From a virus, in the UHGV virus genome UHGV-0084069: DNA of 40,020 bases. One strand, given 5' to 3'. The translations under genes were made by a program, and so were the position numbers. Of the stretch, positions 1 to 8,548 are shown one piece after another. Under the pieces are notes generated by a model. The model had not been told where the DNA came from. It searched no databases and saw nothing but the letters and a program-made list of their open reading frames with translations. Within the stretch, counting starts at the first letter, position 1, and every line of letters starts with the position of its first letter.

Positions 1-162
1 TATGTGGCGCTGAGTCGCTGGGAGCCACGGCTGACGCTGGATTCCATCACCATCAACAGCAATTTTGACGGTTCAATGGTGGTGGAGCTGACCGGGCGGC
101 GGAATAACGGTGTGCCTGTTTCCCTTTCCGTATCAACAGGAGCAGAGAATGGCAGTGATTGA
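1..162 (+). CDS. baseplate assembly protein W (GPW/gp25 family), C-terminal fragment; start lies left of the window
   Basis: Frame 1 is open from the window edge to TGA 160-162 (...LTLDSITINSNFDGSMVVELTGRRNNGVPVSLSVSTGAENGSD); the stop overlaps the ATG of the J-like gene, and gene order W-J-I-H-G matches P2. Confidence 0.5.
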   Translation, partial: YVALSRWEPRLTLDSITINSNFDGSMVVELTGRRNNGVPVSLSVSTGAENGSD

Positions 163-1057
163 CCTTTCGCAGTTACCTGCGCCGCAGATTGTGGATGTGC
201 CGGACTTTGAGACGCTGCTTGCCGAACGCAAGGCAGAATTTGTGGCGCTTCATCCGAAAGATGAGCAGGAAGCAGTGATGCGTACGCTGGAACTGGAATC
301 TGAACCCGTCACCAAATTGCTGCAGGAGAACGCTTACCGTGAGTTGCTTCTGCGCCAGCGCATTAACGAAGCCGCGCAGGCTGTGATGGTGGCTTACGCG
401 ATGGGCGGCGATCTTGACCATCTCGCTGCTAACTACAACGTGAAACGCCTGACGGTGACACCTGCTGATGATGACGCTGTACCGCCCGTTGCGGCTGTGA
501 TGGAAAGTGATGAAGCGTTACGCCTGCGTGTGCCTGCAGCCTTTGAAGGGCTTTCTGTTGCTGGGCCAACTGCCGCTTATGAGTTTCATGCACGAAGCGC
601 CGACGGTCGGGTGGCGGATGCCAGTGCAACCAGTCCGGCACCTGCAGAGGTGGTGCTTACGGTCCTAAGCCGTGAAGGCGACGGAACAGCAGAAAAAGAC
701 CTGCTGGATGTGGTGGAGAAAGCCCTGAACAGTGAGAACGTCCGCCCGGTGGCTGACCGTCTGACGGTTCGCAGCGCGGAAATCATCCCGTACCGCGTGG
801 AAGCCACCATTTTTCTCTATCCGGGGCCGGAAGCAGAGCCGGTAATGGCAGCGGCAAAAGCCAGCCTGCAGAGGTACATCGCCAGTCAGACGCGGCTTGG
901 TCGGGATATTCGCCGTAGCGCCATTTTTGCCGCGCTGCATGTTGAGGGTGTTCAGCGTGTGGAACTGGCTTCCCCGCTGGCGGATGTGGTCCTGAACAAA
1001 ACGCAGGCGGCATCATGTACGCAGTGGAGAGTGACCAACGGGGGTACGGATGAATAG
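149..1057 (+). CDS. baseplate assembly protein J (P2 gpJ-like)
   Basis: ORF 110..1057 with first ATG at 149 (MAVIDLSQLP...), 302 aa, the P2 gpJ size; sits between the W fragment and the I-like gene. Confidence 0.8.
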   Translation: MAVIDLSQLPAPQIVDVPDFETLLAERKAEFVALHPKDEQEAVMRTLELESEPVTKLLQENAYRELLLRQRINEAAQAVMVAYAMGGDLDHLAANYNVKRLTVTPADDDAVPPVAAVMESDEALRLRVPAAFEGLSVAGPTAAYEFHARSADGRVADASATSPAPAEVVLTVLSREGDGTAEKDLLDVVEKALNSENVRPVADRLTVRSAEIIPYRVEATIFLYPGPEAEPVMAAAKASLQRYIASQTRLGRDIRRSAIFAALHVEGVQRVELASPLADVVLNKTQAASCTQWRVTNGGTDE

Positions 1058-1655
1058 TCTGCTGCCACCGGGTTCAACGCCACTGGAGCGCCGACTGGCG
1101 CAAACCTGCAGCGGGATTTCTGATCTGCAGGTGCCGCTGCGTGACTTGTGGAATCCGGCAACCTGTCCGGTCAGTTTCCTGCCTTATCTCGCTTGGGCGT
1201 TCTCTGTGGATCGCTGGGACGAGGGCTGGACAGAAAGCGTCAAACGTCAGGTGGTGAAGGATGCTTTTTATATTCATCAGCATAAAGGAACCACCAGTGC
1301 CGTGCGGCGGGTGGTGGAGCCGTTCGGCTTTCTGATCCGCATTATTGAGTGGTGGCAGACCGGAGAGGCACCGGGCACGTTTCGCCTGGATATCGGCGTG
1401 CAGGACCAGGGCATCACTGAAGATACCTATCTGGAACTTGAGCGGCTGATAAGCGATGCCAAACCATGTAGCCGTCACATGATCGGCATGTCCATCAATC
1501 TGCAGACCAGCGGTCCGCATTGGGTGGGGGCCGCCAGCTATCTTGGCGAAGAAATCACGATCTATCCGTATATCAACGAAACAATTATTTCCGGCGGCAC
1601 CGCGCATGAAGGCGGGGCGGTCCATGTTATTGACACAATGAGAGTGAATCCATGA
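1050..1655 (+). CDS. phage tail protein I (P2 gpI-like baseplate protein)
   Basis: 201-aa ORF overlapping the J stop and the fibre start; position and size fit P2 gpI. Confidence 0.7.
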   Translation: MNSLLPPGSTPLERRLAQTCSGISDLQVPLRDLWNPATCPVSFLPYLAWAFSVDRWDEGWTESVKRQVVKDAFYIHQHKGTTSAVRRVVEPFGFLIRIIEWWQTGEAPGTFRLDIGVQDQGITEDTYLELERLISDAKPCSRHMIGMSINLQTSGPHWVGAASYLGEEITIYPYINETIISGGTAHEGGAVHVIDTMRVNP

Positions 1656-3172
1656 GCACAAAATTTTATACCCTGCTGACGGATATTGGCGCGGCGAAAC
1701 TTGCCAGCGCCGCCGCGCTCGGTGTGCCGCTAAAAATTACCCATATGGCGGTGGGCGATGGCGGCGGAGCATTGCCGACGCCGGACGCAAAGCAGACTGC
1801 ACTGGTAAATGAGAAACGCCGGGCTGCGCTGAATATGCTCTATATCGACCCGCAGAACAGCAGCCAGATTATTGCTGAACAGGTGATCCCTGAAAATGAG
1901 GGTGGTTGGTGGATACGTGAAGTGGGTCTGTTTGATGAGTCCGGGGCATTGATTGCCGTAGGCAACTGCCCGGAAAGCTATAAGCCGCAACTGGCTGAAG
2001 GCAGCGGGCGCACCCAGACCGTGCGCATGGTGTTGATTACCAGCAGCACGGACAATATCACCCTGAAAATCGACCCTGCCGTCGTGCTGGCAACCCGCAA
2101 GTATGTGGATGACAAGGTACTGGAGCTGAAGGTGTTCGTGGATGATAAGATGGCAAAACATCTTGCCGCACCGGACCCGCATTCACAGTATGCACCCAAA
2201 GAAAGCCCGACATTGACCGGAACACCCAAAGCGCCAACGCCAGCGGAGGGGAATAACACCACGCAGATTGCGACCACCGCGTTTGTTCAGGCGGCACTGA
2301 TGGCCCTTATTAATGGTGCGCCAGCCACACTGGATACGCTGAAAGAAATTGCCGCTGCCATTAATAATGACCCGAAATTCAGTACCACCATTAACAATGC
2401 GCTGGCACTGAAAGCGCCGCTGTCAAGTCCGGCACTCACCGGAACGCCAACAGCCCCCACTGCCGCACAGTCGGTTAACAATACACAGATTGCCACTACG
2501 GCTTTTGTGAAATCGGCGATTGCGGCAATGGTGGGTTCTGCACCTGCGGCACTGGATACACTGAACGAACTGGCGGCGGCGCTGGGGAATGACCCGAACT
2601 TTGCCACGACAATGCTTAATGCACTGGCAGGTAAACAACCGCTGGACAATACGCTGACTAATTTGAGTGGAAAGGATGTAGCTGGTCTTCTCGCATACCT
2701 TGGTTTGGGAGAAGGTTCGGCATTACCCGTTGGTGTGCCTGTTCCGTGGCCCTCAGCCACTCCGCCAACAGGCTGGCTAAAATGCAACGGAGCAGCTTTT
2801 TCTGCTGAAGAATACCCGGAACTGGCAAAGGCTTACCCGACAAATAAATTGCCTGATTTACGTGGTGAGTTTATTCGTGGCTGGGATGATGGGAGGGGCG
2901 TTGATAGCGGTCGAGGATTACTTTCGCTCCAAAGTAGTCAAAACTTGTCGCATTCTCACGATGATCTTGGGTCTATGGGGGGGAGAGCGGTTGGTGTCCC
3001 TGGAACAACATCCGTATATGCGAAGAAATATTATGGTTCAAATGAAGGATATCAGACTCGGCCAGCAGGTGGTTGGTCTGGCTCAGCATCAGGATTAACA
3101 TCATTAGAAAGTGGTGGGAATGAATCTCGTCCTCGCAACGTCGCATTTAACTACATCGTGAGGGCCGCATAA
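1652..3172 (+). CDS. tail fibre protein (P2 gpH-like): constant N-terminal part, two tandem shaft repeats, C-terminal tail-collar receptor-binding domain
   Basis: 506-aa ORF; repeated TQIATTAFV fibre motifs; LGLGE hinge at residues 350-354; C-terminal GWLKCNGAAFSAEEYPELAKAYP collar-like motif; followed by a tfa gene. Confidence 0.8.
   Translation: MSTKFYTLLTDIGAAKLASAAALGVPLKITHMAVGDGGGALPTPDAKQTALVNEKRRAALNMLYIDPQNSSQIIAEQVIPENEGGWWIREVGLFDESGALIAVGNCPESYKPQLAEGSGRTQTVRMVLITSSTDNITLKIDPAVVLATRKYVDDKVLELKVFVDDKMAKHLAAPDPHSQYAPKESPTLTGTPKAPTPAEGNNTTQIATTAFVQAALMALINGAPATLDTLKEIAAAINNDPKFSTTINNALALKAPLSSPALTGTPTAPTAAQSVNNTQIATTAFVKSAIAAMVGSAPAALDTLNELAAALGNDPNFATTMLNALAGKQPLDNTLTNLSGKDVAGLLAYLGLGEGSALPVGVPVPWPSATPPTGWLKCNGAAFSAEEYPELAKAYPTNKLPDLRGEFIRGWDDGRGVDSGRGLLSLQSSQNLSHSHDDLGSMGGRAVGVPGTTSVYAKKYYGSNEGYQTRPAGGWSGSASGLTSLESGGNESRPRNVAFNYIVRAA
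2207..2641 (+). repeat. in-frame tandem duplication (~72 codons x2) in the fibre shaft
   Basis: Protein repeats PTLTGTPKAPTPAEGNNTTQIATTAFVQAAL...LALKAPL and PALTGTPTAPTAAQSVNNTQIATTAFVKSAI...LAGKQPL. Confidence 0.6.
2688..2713. other. candidate 26-bp DNA-invertase crossover site (gix/hix/pix-like), left copy
   Basis: TTCTCGCATACC TT GGTTTGGGAGAA: two dyad half-sites around a 2-bp core; covers the LGLGE codons of the fibre gene; inverted copy at 4570-4595. Confidence 0.6.
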
Positions 3173-3774
3173 TGACGCAGGCAAAATTAAACAGTGAGCT
3201 TATTGCCACGGAAGCCGGTGATATTACTGTGTTTAACTACGATGGTGAAACACGGGAGTATATTTCTGCATCAACTGAATATCTTGCTGTGGGTGTCGGT
3301 ATCCCTGCATATTCCTGTTTAGATGCTCCTGGCACCTACAAAGCTGGTTATGCAATCTGCCGTTCTGCAGATTTTAACTCATGGGAATATGTACCAGACC
3401 ATCGCGGTGAAATTGTCTTTAGCACCGAAACAGGAGAATCAAAAGAAATCACAGCTCCGGGTGATTACCCTGAAAATACAACCACTATCGCCCCGTTAAC
3501 GCCATACGATAAATGGGATGGTGAGAAATGGGTGACCGATACTGAGGCACAGCATAGCGCCGCAGTAGAAGCGGCAGAAGCACAGCGCCAGTCACTGATT
3601 GATGCAGCAATGGCTTCCATCAGTCTGATTCAGCTGAAATTGCAGGCCGCACGTAAACTGACGCAGGCAGAAACAACCAGACTTAACGCCGTGCTGGATT
3701 ACATTGACGCGGTGACGGCAACAGATACCAGCACCGCGCCGGATGTCATCTGGCCTGAACTGCCGGAGGCGTAG
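3172..3774 (+). CDS. tail fibre assembly protein (Tfa, P2 gpG / Mu U family)
   Basis: 200-aa ORF with ATG overlapping the fibre stop (TAATG); conserved Tfa C-terminus ...LDYIDAVTATDTSTAPDVIWPELPEA. Confidence 0.8.
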   Translation: MTQAKLNSELIATEAGDITVFNYDGETREYISASTEYLAVGVGIPAYSCLDAPGTYKAGYAICRSADFNSWEYVPDHRGEIVFSTETGESKEITAPGDYPENTTTIAPLTPYDKWDGEKWVTDTEAQHSAAVEAAEAQRQSLIDAAMASISLIQLKLQAARKLTQAETTRLNAVLDYIDAVTATDTSTAPDVIWPELPEA

Positions 3775-4198
3775 GCCATTCAATATCTGGCGCACTGGAG
3801 GTATCAACCAGTTCCAGTGCGTCCAGATAATCCAGCCACAAATTATATTGCGCCAGTTCATCATCTTTCAGACGACCAATAGCGGCTTTACCGGGCCATT
3901 GCTTACTGTTCATGTATTCGTTGGCCTGGTTAATTAGTAGCTGTCTTTCTGATTCAGTAATTTCAATAAGTTCTTCATGCGTGGGTGGAGGAATATCTGC
4001 CCACGCAGGCAGCCCATCATCTCCGGCAATACGGATTTTTCCTTGTGGCGGTTCAGCCATAAACTCACTGATAATATTTTGATTTACTTCCTTAGCGTCT
4101 GATAAATCCCATCCCTCTGATTTATATTTATCAATCATATCCACAGGGAAAAAAGCATTATGCCTTGCGCTATAAACATATTCGTTCATATAAATCAC
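3746..4198 (-). CDS. tail fibre assembly protein (second Tfa, convergent with the first)
   Basis: 150-aa ORF ending ...LDYLDALELVDTSSAPDIEWPTPPAVQAR; its 3' end overlaps the + strand tfa by 29 bp. Confidence 0.8.
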   Translation of the reverse strand: MIYMNEYVYSARHNAFFPVDMIDKYKSEGWDLSDAKEVNQNIISEFMAEPPQGKIRIAGDDGLPAWADIPPPTHEELIEITESERQLLINQANEYMNSKQWPGKAAIGRLKDDELAQYNLWLDYLDALELVDTSSAPDIEWPTPPAVQAR

Positions 4199-4209
4199 CC
4201 TGAATAAAA

Positions 4210-4872
4210 TTACTCACCAACAGCCCACCAACTGTAATTCATCGATACTGTGGAACTGGTTGATGCAGTTCTGTAAGCGGAATTAAAACCGGTTAATGTT
4301 GGGCCTTCTGCGGTCATCACGAATCCCCGCCCAGCACCTAAAGGCGCACCACCATCACCAGAATGAGTAAGCATGGCGCAGTCCACTTTTTTAGGAAAAG
4401 GGATGCTGAATGTAATTCTCATTGTTTGCGTCGATAATGTCGGCGTAACCGCACCACGACCATATTGCAGGATTTTCCCGTTGGGTAATTTCATCCATCC
4501 ATCACCATTGGCAAAAGAGGCCATGTCCGGTATCTGATTTTCCCCTGTCCCCACATCCCGTTTTGCCGCTTCTCCCAAACCAAGGTTTTCGAGAGCCGTT
4601 TTCACCGTGCCATCCGATTTGATATCGCCAAACGGATTCTTGCGGCTTAACAGCAGCGCACGAAGCGCGGTAAGCAACTGGTCGTGCCGCCCCTTCTCCA
4701 GGCTGGCACCGGATGCCTCCACCACGCTGCAGAGTTCTTCCTGCAACATATCAAAGTAGTCATCATCCAGATCGGTGGCAGGCGTGCCAGTCTGGGGGTT
4801 ACCACGGGTAAAACCGTTCTTACCCGCGCCGAACTTATCCTTCTGCGCGGTTTTCGTGTCTATACGATGCAT
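4210..4872 (-). CDS. short tail fibre protein (e14 StfP / Mu S-like): short constant N-terminus plus exchangeable C-terminal domain
   Basis: 220-aa ORF starting 4 nt after the gp48-like gene stop; LGLGE hinge at residues 97-101 coincides with the right crossover site. Confidence 0.75.
   Translation of the reverse strand: MHRIDTKTAQKDKFGAGKNGFTRGNPQTGTPATDLDDDYFDMLQEELCSVVEASGASLEKGRHDQLLTALRALLLSRKNPFGDIKSDGTVKTALENLGLGEAAKRDVGTGENQIPDMASFANGDGWMKLPNGKILQYGRGAVTPTLSTQTMRITFSIPFPKKVDCAMLTHSGDGGAPLGAGRGFVMTAEGPTLTGFNSAYRTASTSSTVSMNYSWWAVGE
4570..4595. other. candidate 26-bp DNA-invertase crossover site (gix/hix/pix-like), right copy, inverted relative to 2688-2713
   Basis: TTCTCCCAAACC AA GGTTTTCGAGAG; resembles hixL TTCTTGAAAACCAAGGTTTTTGATAA (recalled); shares an 18-bp perfect inverted identity CTTCTCCCAAACCAAGGT with the left site. 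Confidence 0.6.
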
Positions 4873-4875
4873 GGA

Positions 4876-5460
4876 TTACTCCGGATATTTAAAAATTACG
4901 TAGGTATGCGACGGGCAGAGTTTGTTAAGCACACACTCGACAACGGTGTCACCCCAGATACGCAGTGCGGAATCACAGGGATCGCCACATGTCATCCAGG
5001 TGGTGTTGGTGGTGGTTGGCATGTTGACCTGCCAGTAATACCGCCATTCCGGCGCATTCACCGCGTCAGTACAGGCCGATGAGCCGGTGAAGGTGCTTTT
5101 GTCGTATCTCGTGATGGTGGCATCTGGCCTGCCCAGGGCAGCAAGCTGTGCAAGATAAAAATCCTCGTAGATGCCGCCCGCCAGGTTAACCTTCGCATCC
5201 AGCCGTTGCTGACGCTGGCGAAGGGGCTGCGTTCCCGCCGGAATACATTCATCCGGCAGACCGCACAGACGCTCCCAGCGGTTTATCAGTTCAGTGGTGG
5301 TGCGCGGATCCAGCTCCCGCATCAGGGCATCCGCACGCTGATGAACGCGGGTTAATGACGGTGCCGCACCGGCAATCGCCGGATCGCTGGCTGACCACGC
5401 CGGACCGGGTGGCAACAGTGCCGACAACAGACGGATGTAATCATCGTTTGTCACGTCCAT
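4876..5460 (-). CDS. tail protein, Mu gp48 / YmfQ-like (DUF2313 family)
   Basis: 194-aa ORF immediately upstream of the fibre gene; position matches Mu gp48 and e14 YmfQ. Confidence 0.65.
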   Translation of the reverse strand: MDVTNDDYIRLLSALLPPGPAWSASDPAIAGAAPSLTRVHQRADALMRELDPRTTTELINRWERLCGLPDECIPAGTQPLRQRQQRLDAKVNLAGGIYEDFYLAQLAALGRPDATITRYDKSTFTGSSACTDAVNAPEWRYYWQVNMPTTTNTTWMTCGDPCDSALRIWGDTVVECVLNKLCPSHTYVIFKYPE

Positions 5461-6509
5461 GAAATCGTCCCCAGAACCGCCAGTTCATTTTTCGCAATGG
5501 AGATATTGTCTGCCGGTGCAAGCAACTGATGGCTATATTCCCCGTTCGCACCGGAAATCGCCTCACTGATACGCGATACCTTCAGTTCTCCCTGCGGATA
5601 ACCATCACGCAGAAGAAACGAACGCAACTCCGCGGTGATGGCGGCTCGTATTTCTGGTGTGTCCGGCGTCACGCGGATATGAAAATCCACCGTATGTGCC
5701 ACCGGCCTGAATACATACAAATCAGAGCCTGCCACCGGGGCCAGTGGCACGATATGTTGTCTTGCTGCCGTTTCCGTTGATTCTTCCGGAATGGGATTAA
5801 TCAGGTCACTGCTGGCAATCATCACACCGACAGTTCCCGTTCCCATCCAGTGACGGTATGTCCATGCGCGGGTAATGCCGGGCACTTCTTTAGCCCAGAC
5901 GACATAGTCCCCGTCAGCCCCGCCCTGAGGCGTCCAGTAATACCGCTCAATGACGCGGGCGCGCCACGTTTCCAGCTCTTCAGTATCAAATCCGCCTGTC
6001 AGGGTGTCAGCCACACCGGAAGACGGCAGACCATTCACCGGCGTGACCAGGATTAATGCCGTACCGTCGTCAGCGTTACCGACCGCACCTGCACTTGAGC
6101 AGGCGATCGGCACGCGCAGGACACCACCGGAGCTGGTTGCATCGGCAGTTGCCGTGTACTGAACCAGGTCATCGCGCTGAATAACACTCCCGGCGGTCAC
6201 CTTCAGGCCATCGCTGACACCTTCCCAGCGCATATACCCGCTGGCAGCCGTGGCCCCCTTGCGCGGACACCGTTTCATCGCAGCATGTCGCGCCAGCCAG
6301 AACTCATCGCACAGGTCAGGCAGCATGTTCATTGCCAGATAATCGATGTAACCGTAAACCGTATGCAGCGCCGCCGCATACACCTTTGCCCGCACGTCTT
6401 CATCCATGCGCCGGAGCGTGTCGCTGACGTCCAGCCTGGCGAATAAATCGTTACGGAGCATACTGATATTTTCTGCCAGCGTCGGGCGCTGAAATTCACT
6501 GTCCGCCAT
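5451..6509 (-). CDS. baseplate J-like protein (Mu gp47-like)
   Basis: 352-aa ORF in the Mu-type baseplate block, overlapping its neighbours. Confidence 0.7.
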   Translation of the reverse strand: MADSEFQRPTLAENISMLRNDLFARLDVSDTLRRMDEDVRAKVYAAALHTVYGYIDYLAMNMLPDLCDEFWLARHAAMKRCPRKGATAASGYMRWEGVSDGLKVTAGSVIQRDDLVQYTATADATSSGGVLRVPIACSSAGAVGNADDGTALILVTPVNGLPSSGVADTLTGGFDTEELETWRARVIERYYWTPQGGADGDYVVWAKEVPGITRAWTYRHWMGTGTVGVMIASSDLINPIPEESTETAARQHIVPLAPVAGSDLYVFRPVAHTVDFHIRVTPDTPEIRAAITAELRSFLLRDGYPQGELKVSRISEAISGANGEYSHQLLAPADNISIAKNELAVLGTISWT

Positions 6510-6924
6510 GCGTTATCGCACTCCACAGATCATCAAAAGAAATCATTACCGGTCCGTCACGACGCCACAGAGTGATACTGTTACCCAGTTCATTAATCCC
6601 GGTGCGGCGGATATCCAGATCAATACGGGACACCACGCCGTCATCAATCATCCATTGCAGGCATTCGCGGATATACCCCCTTACCGTCTGCACCAGCTGA
6701 TTGGTCAGTTTGCTGCGCTGAAGCAGCCACAGTCGGGAGCCGTAACAGTCATTCTGTACCGCAGGCCAGGTATCCCCCCACCATCCCATCGGGACGTCGG
6801 CGTTGTCATCAGGCTCCGCCCGCCGCCAGGTAAACAGGGAAATCACCACGGCGCGGGTCAGCGGATCCAGCGGTGCGCTGGCGCAGGTGCGTTTACCGTT
6901 CACCGTCAGCCACAGTTCCATCAT
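6496..6924 (-). CDS. baseplate protein, Mu gp46 / GPW-gp25-like
   Basis: 142-aa ORF between the V-like and J-like genes. Confidence 0.6.
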   Translation of the reverse strand: MMELWLTVNGKRTCASAPLDPLTRAVVISLFTWRRAEPDDNADVPMGWWGDTWPAVQNDCYGSRLWLLQRSKLTNQLVQTVRGYIRECLQWMIDDGVVSRIDLDIRRTGINELGNSITLWRRDGPVMISFDDLWSAITHGGQ

Positions 6925-7469
6925 GCCTCCATCGCTTTATCAGGTTTGTCGGTGTTACTGCCATGACCGTTCTCTCTGTGACGATGCCCGTTATAGGCAA
7001 GCCGCATCGCTGACATGGTGGTACCGCCGGAGTCGCACAGGTCTTTCACCTGTCCGGTCACTTCCAGGTCCATTTCAAAACGTGCTCTGGGCGCATTGCG
7101 AAACGTGATCGTTTTACCTGCACCGTCCACCACGATCCCCTCCCGGGTCAGCGTCACAGACTGCCCCTGATCGTCATAGACAGCCACCTCACCCGTCTGC
7201 AGCCCTTTCAGGCGGTAGCGCCGGTCCGACACCGTAACAACCACCGCATGAGAACGGTCGCCATCCGGAAACAACACCACCGCTTCCGCACCGCTGTTTG
7301 CCCTTGCGGTAAAACCGTAGGGTTCAAGATGTTCAACCCCGGCTTTGGGTTCACCGGCAATCAGGGACACATCCACGGTCTGACATTTCGTGGCGGCACT
7401 GATGCTTTTCACCACTGCCCGCCCAATCAGGCCGAGAAGTTGTCGCTGCATGGCTTCAATCGTCCTCAT
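6921..7469 (-). CDS. baseplate assembly protein V / spike (Mu gp45-like)
   Basis: 182-aa ORF, position-conserved in the Mu tail module. Confidence 0.6.
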   Translation of the reverse strand: MRTIEAMQRQLLGLIGRAVVKSISAATKCQTVDVSLIAGEPKAGVEHLEPYGFTARANSGAEAVVLFPDGDRSHAVVVTVSDRRYRLKGLQTGEVAVYDDQGQSVTLTREGIVVDGAGKTITFRNAPRARFEMDLEVTGQVKDLCDSGGTTMSAMRLAYNGHRHRENGHGSNTDKPDKAMEA

Positions 7470-8548
7470 CAGAACGGGTCCTCCTGTACTCTGGCTTTTT
7501 TCTTTTTCCGCGCGCCGGGGGCTTCGGGTTCAGGCAGATAAGCATCAGGTGGGCCGACACGGATTTCCGTCAGGGTGCCATTCTGGTCCTGAGTAAACGT
7601 GACTTCCGAGACAAGCAGTTCGGTATTGTCGAAACCACAGACCGGATCGAAGACAATCACCCGCTGGTTGGGCTGCCACAGCGTACCGTTACCCTGTCGC
7701 CAGCCCTGCACCACATAGGTGGTTTCATCCGTCCGCGCCGCCCGTTGTCGGGCTTCAAAGTCAGCACGCGCAATACAGCCTGCCCCCGTAGCCTGCCCTG
7801 TCTGCCTGATATACATCGGACGGTAACGGGCAATAAATGCGTCCTCTGTGCGGGCCCGCAGCGCAGTTGTGGTGGCCTCACCGAAATCATCGTCGTTTCC
7901 GGCACGCTGCCCCGCCACCTGGTAAACAGAAAACCGCTCCCGGATACTCTTCTCCGTATCGCAGGAAAGGATGTTTTCCCCGAGTACCAGCGCGGTATGT
8001 GCCCGCGTTGAGCCAATACCGCCAATCACCAGCCTGCCGTGCGGGTCGTCATAAGCCAGCGCCTGCTGCTGACCGAGTATTTTGTTAATCACCTCGATCA
8101 CCGTTTCACCGTGATCAGGCTGGACATCAGGAATAACACCCGACGGCGCACCGCTGTTCACCACCTCAATGCCGAAGGGCGCAGCAAGCGCCTGCGCAAT
8201 CTGTACCAGTGATCGTCCGTTAAACTGTGTCGGTTCAGCTGCACAATCAATCAGGTCAGCGGTCAGACTGCGTCCGGCAATACCGGTGCTGACCGAACGG
8301 GCATCGTAACGAACGGGCGTCGCCTCCACCCAGCCGGTGATCACCAGCTCATCACCAATCAGCACCTCCACTTTTGAACCGTTTTTAATGCGCGGCTGAA
8401 GCGTGGTGATACCCTCATCACCCGGCCACTGGCGGGTGATCTCCACACTGAAATCCCGCGCCAGTCGTTCAACACCGGCACCGATGCGCACCGATGTCCA
8501 GCCATTCCACTCCCGGCCATTTACCCGTAGCGTGACATTGTCGTTCAT
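7469..8548 (-). CDS. baseplate hub protein (Mu gp44 / P-like)
   Basis: 359-aa ORF following the DNA-circularisation-like gene. Confidence 0.55.
   Translation of the reverse strand: MNDNVTLRVNGREWNGWTSVRIGAGVERLARDFSVEITRQWPGDEGITTLQPRIKNGSKVEVLIGDELVITGWVEATPVRYDARSVSTGIAGRSLTADLIDCAAEPTQFNGRSLVQIAQALAAPFGIEVVNSGAPSGVIPDVQPDHGETVIEVINKILGQQQALAYDDPHGRLVIGGIGSTRAHTALVLGENILSCDTEKSIRERFSVYQVAGQRAGNDDDFGEATTTALRARTEDAFIARYRPMYIRQTGQATGAGCIARADFEARQRAARTDETTYVVQGWRQGNGTLWQPNQRVIVFDPVCGFDNTELLVSEVTFTQDQNGTLTEIRVGPPDAYLPEPEAPGARKKKKARVQEDPF

Noticed and set aside
173-2787. Multiple antisense or overlapping ORFs from the six-frame track inside the J, I and fibre genes (e.g. 173-421 -, 1074-1661 -, 1730-2182 -, 2287-2787 -)
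   Set aside because: They lie entirely within, and antisense to, well-supported structural genes with conserved order and coupled starts; this is typical of spurious frames in GC-rich coding DNA.
2688-4872. A serine DNA-invertase gene expected next to the invertible segment
   Set aside because: No ORF of ~180-200 aa with a recombinase-like N-terminus is present on either flank; both flanks are occupied by fibre and baseplate genes. The invertase, if any, must lie outside the window.
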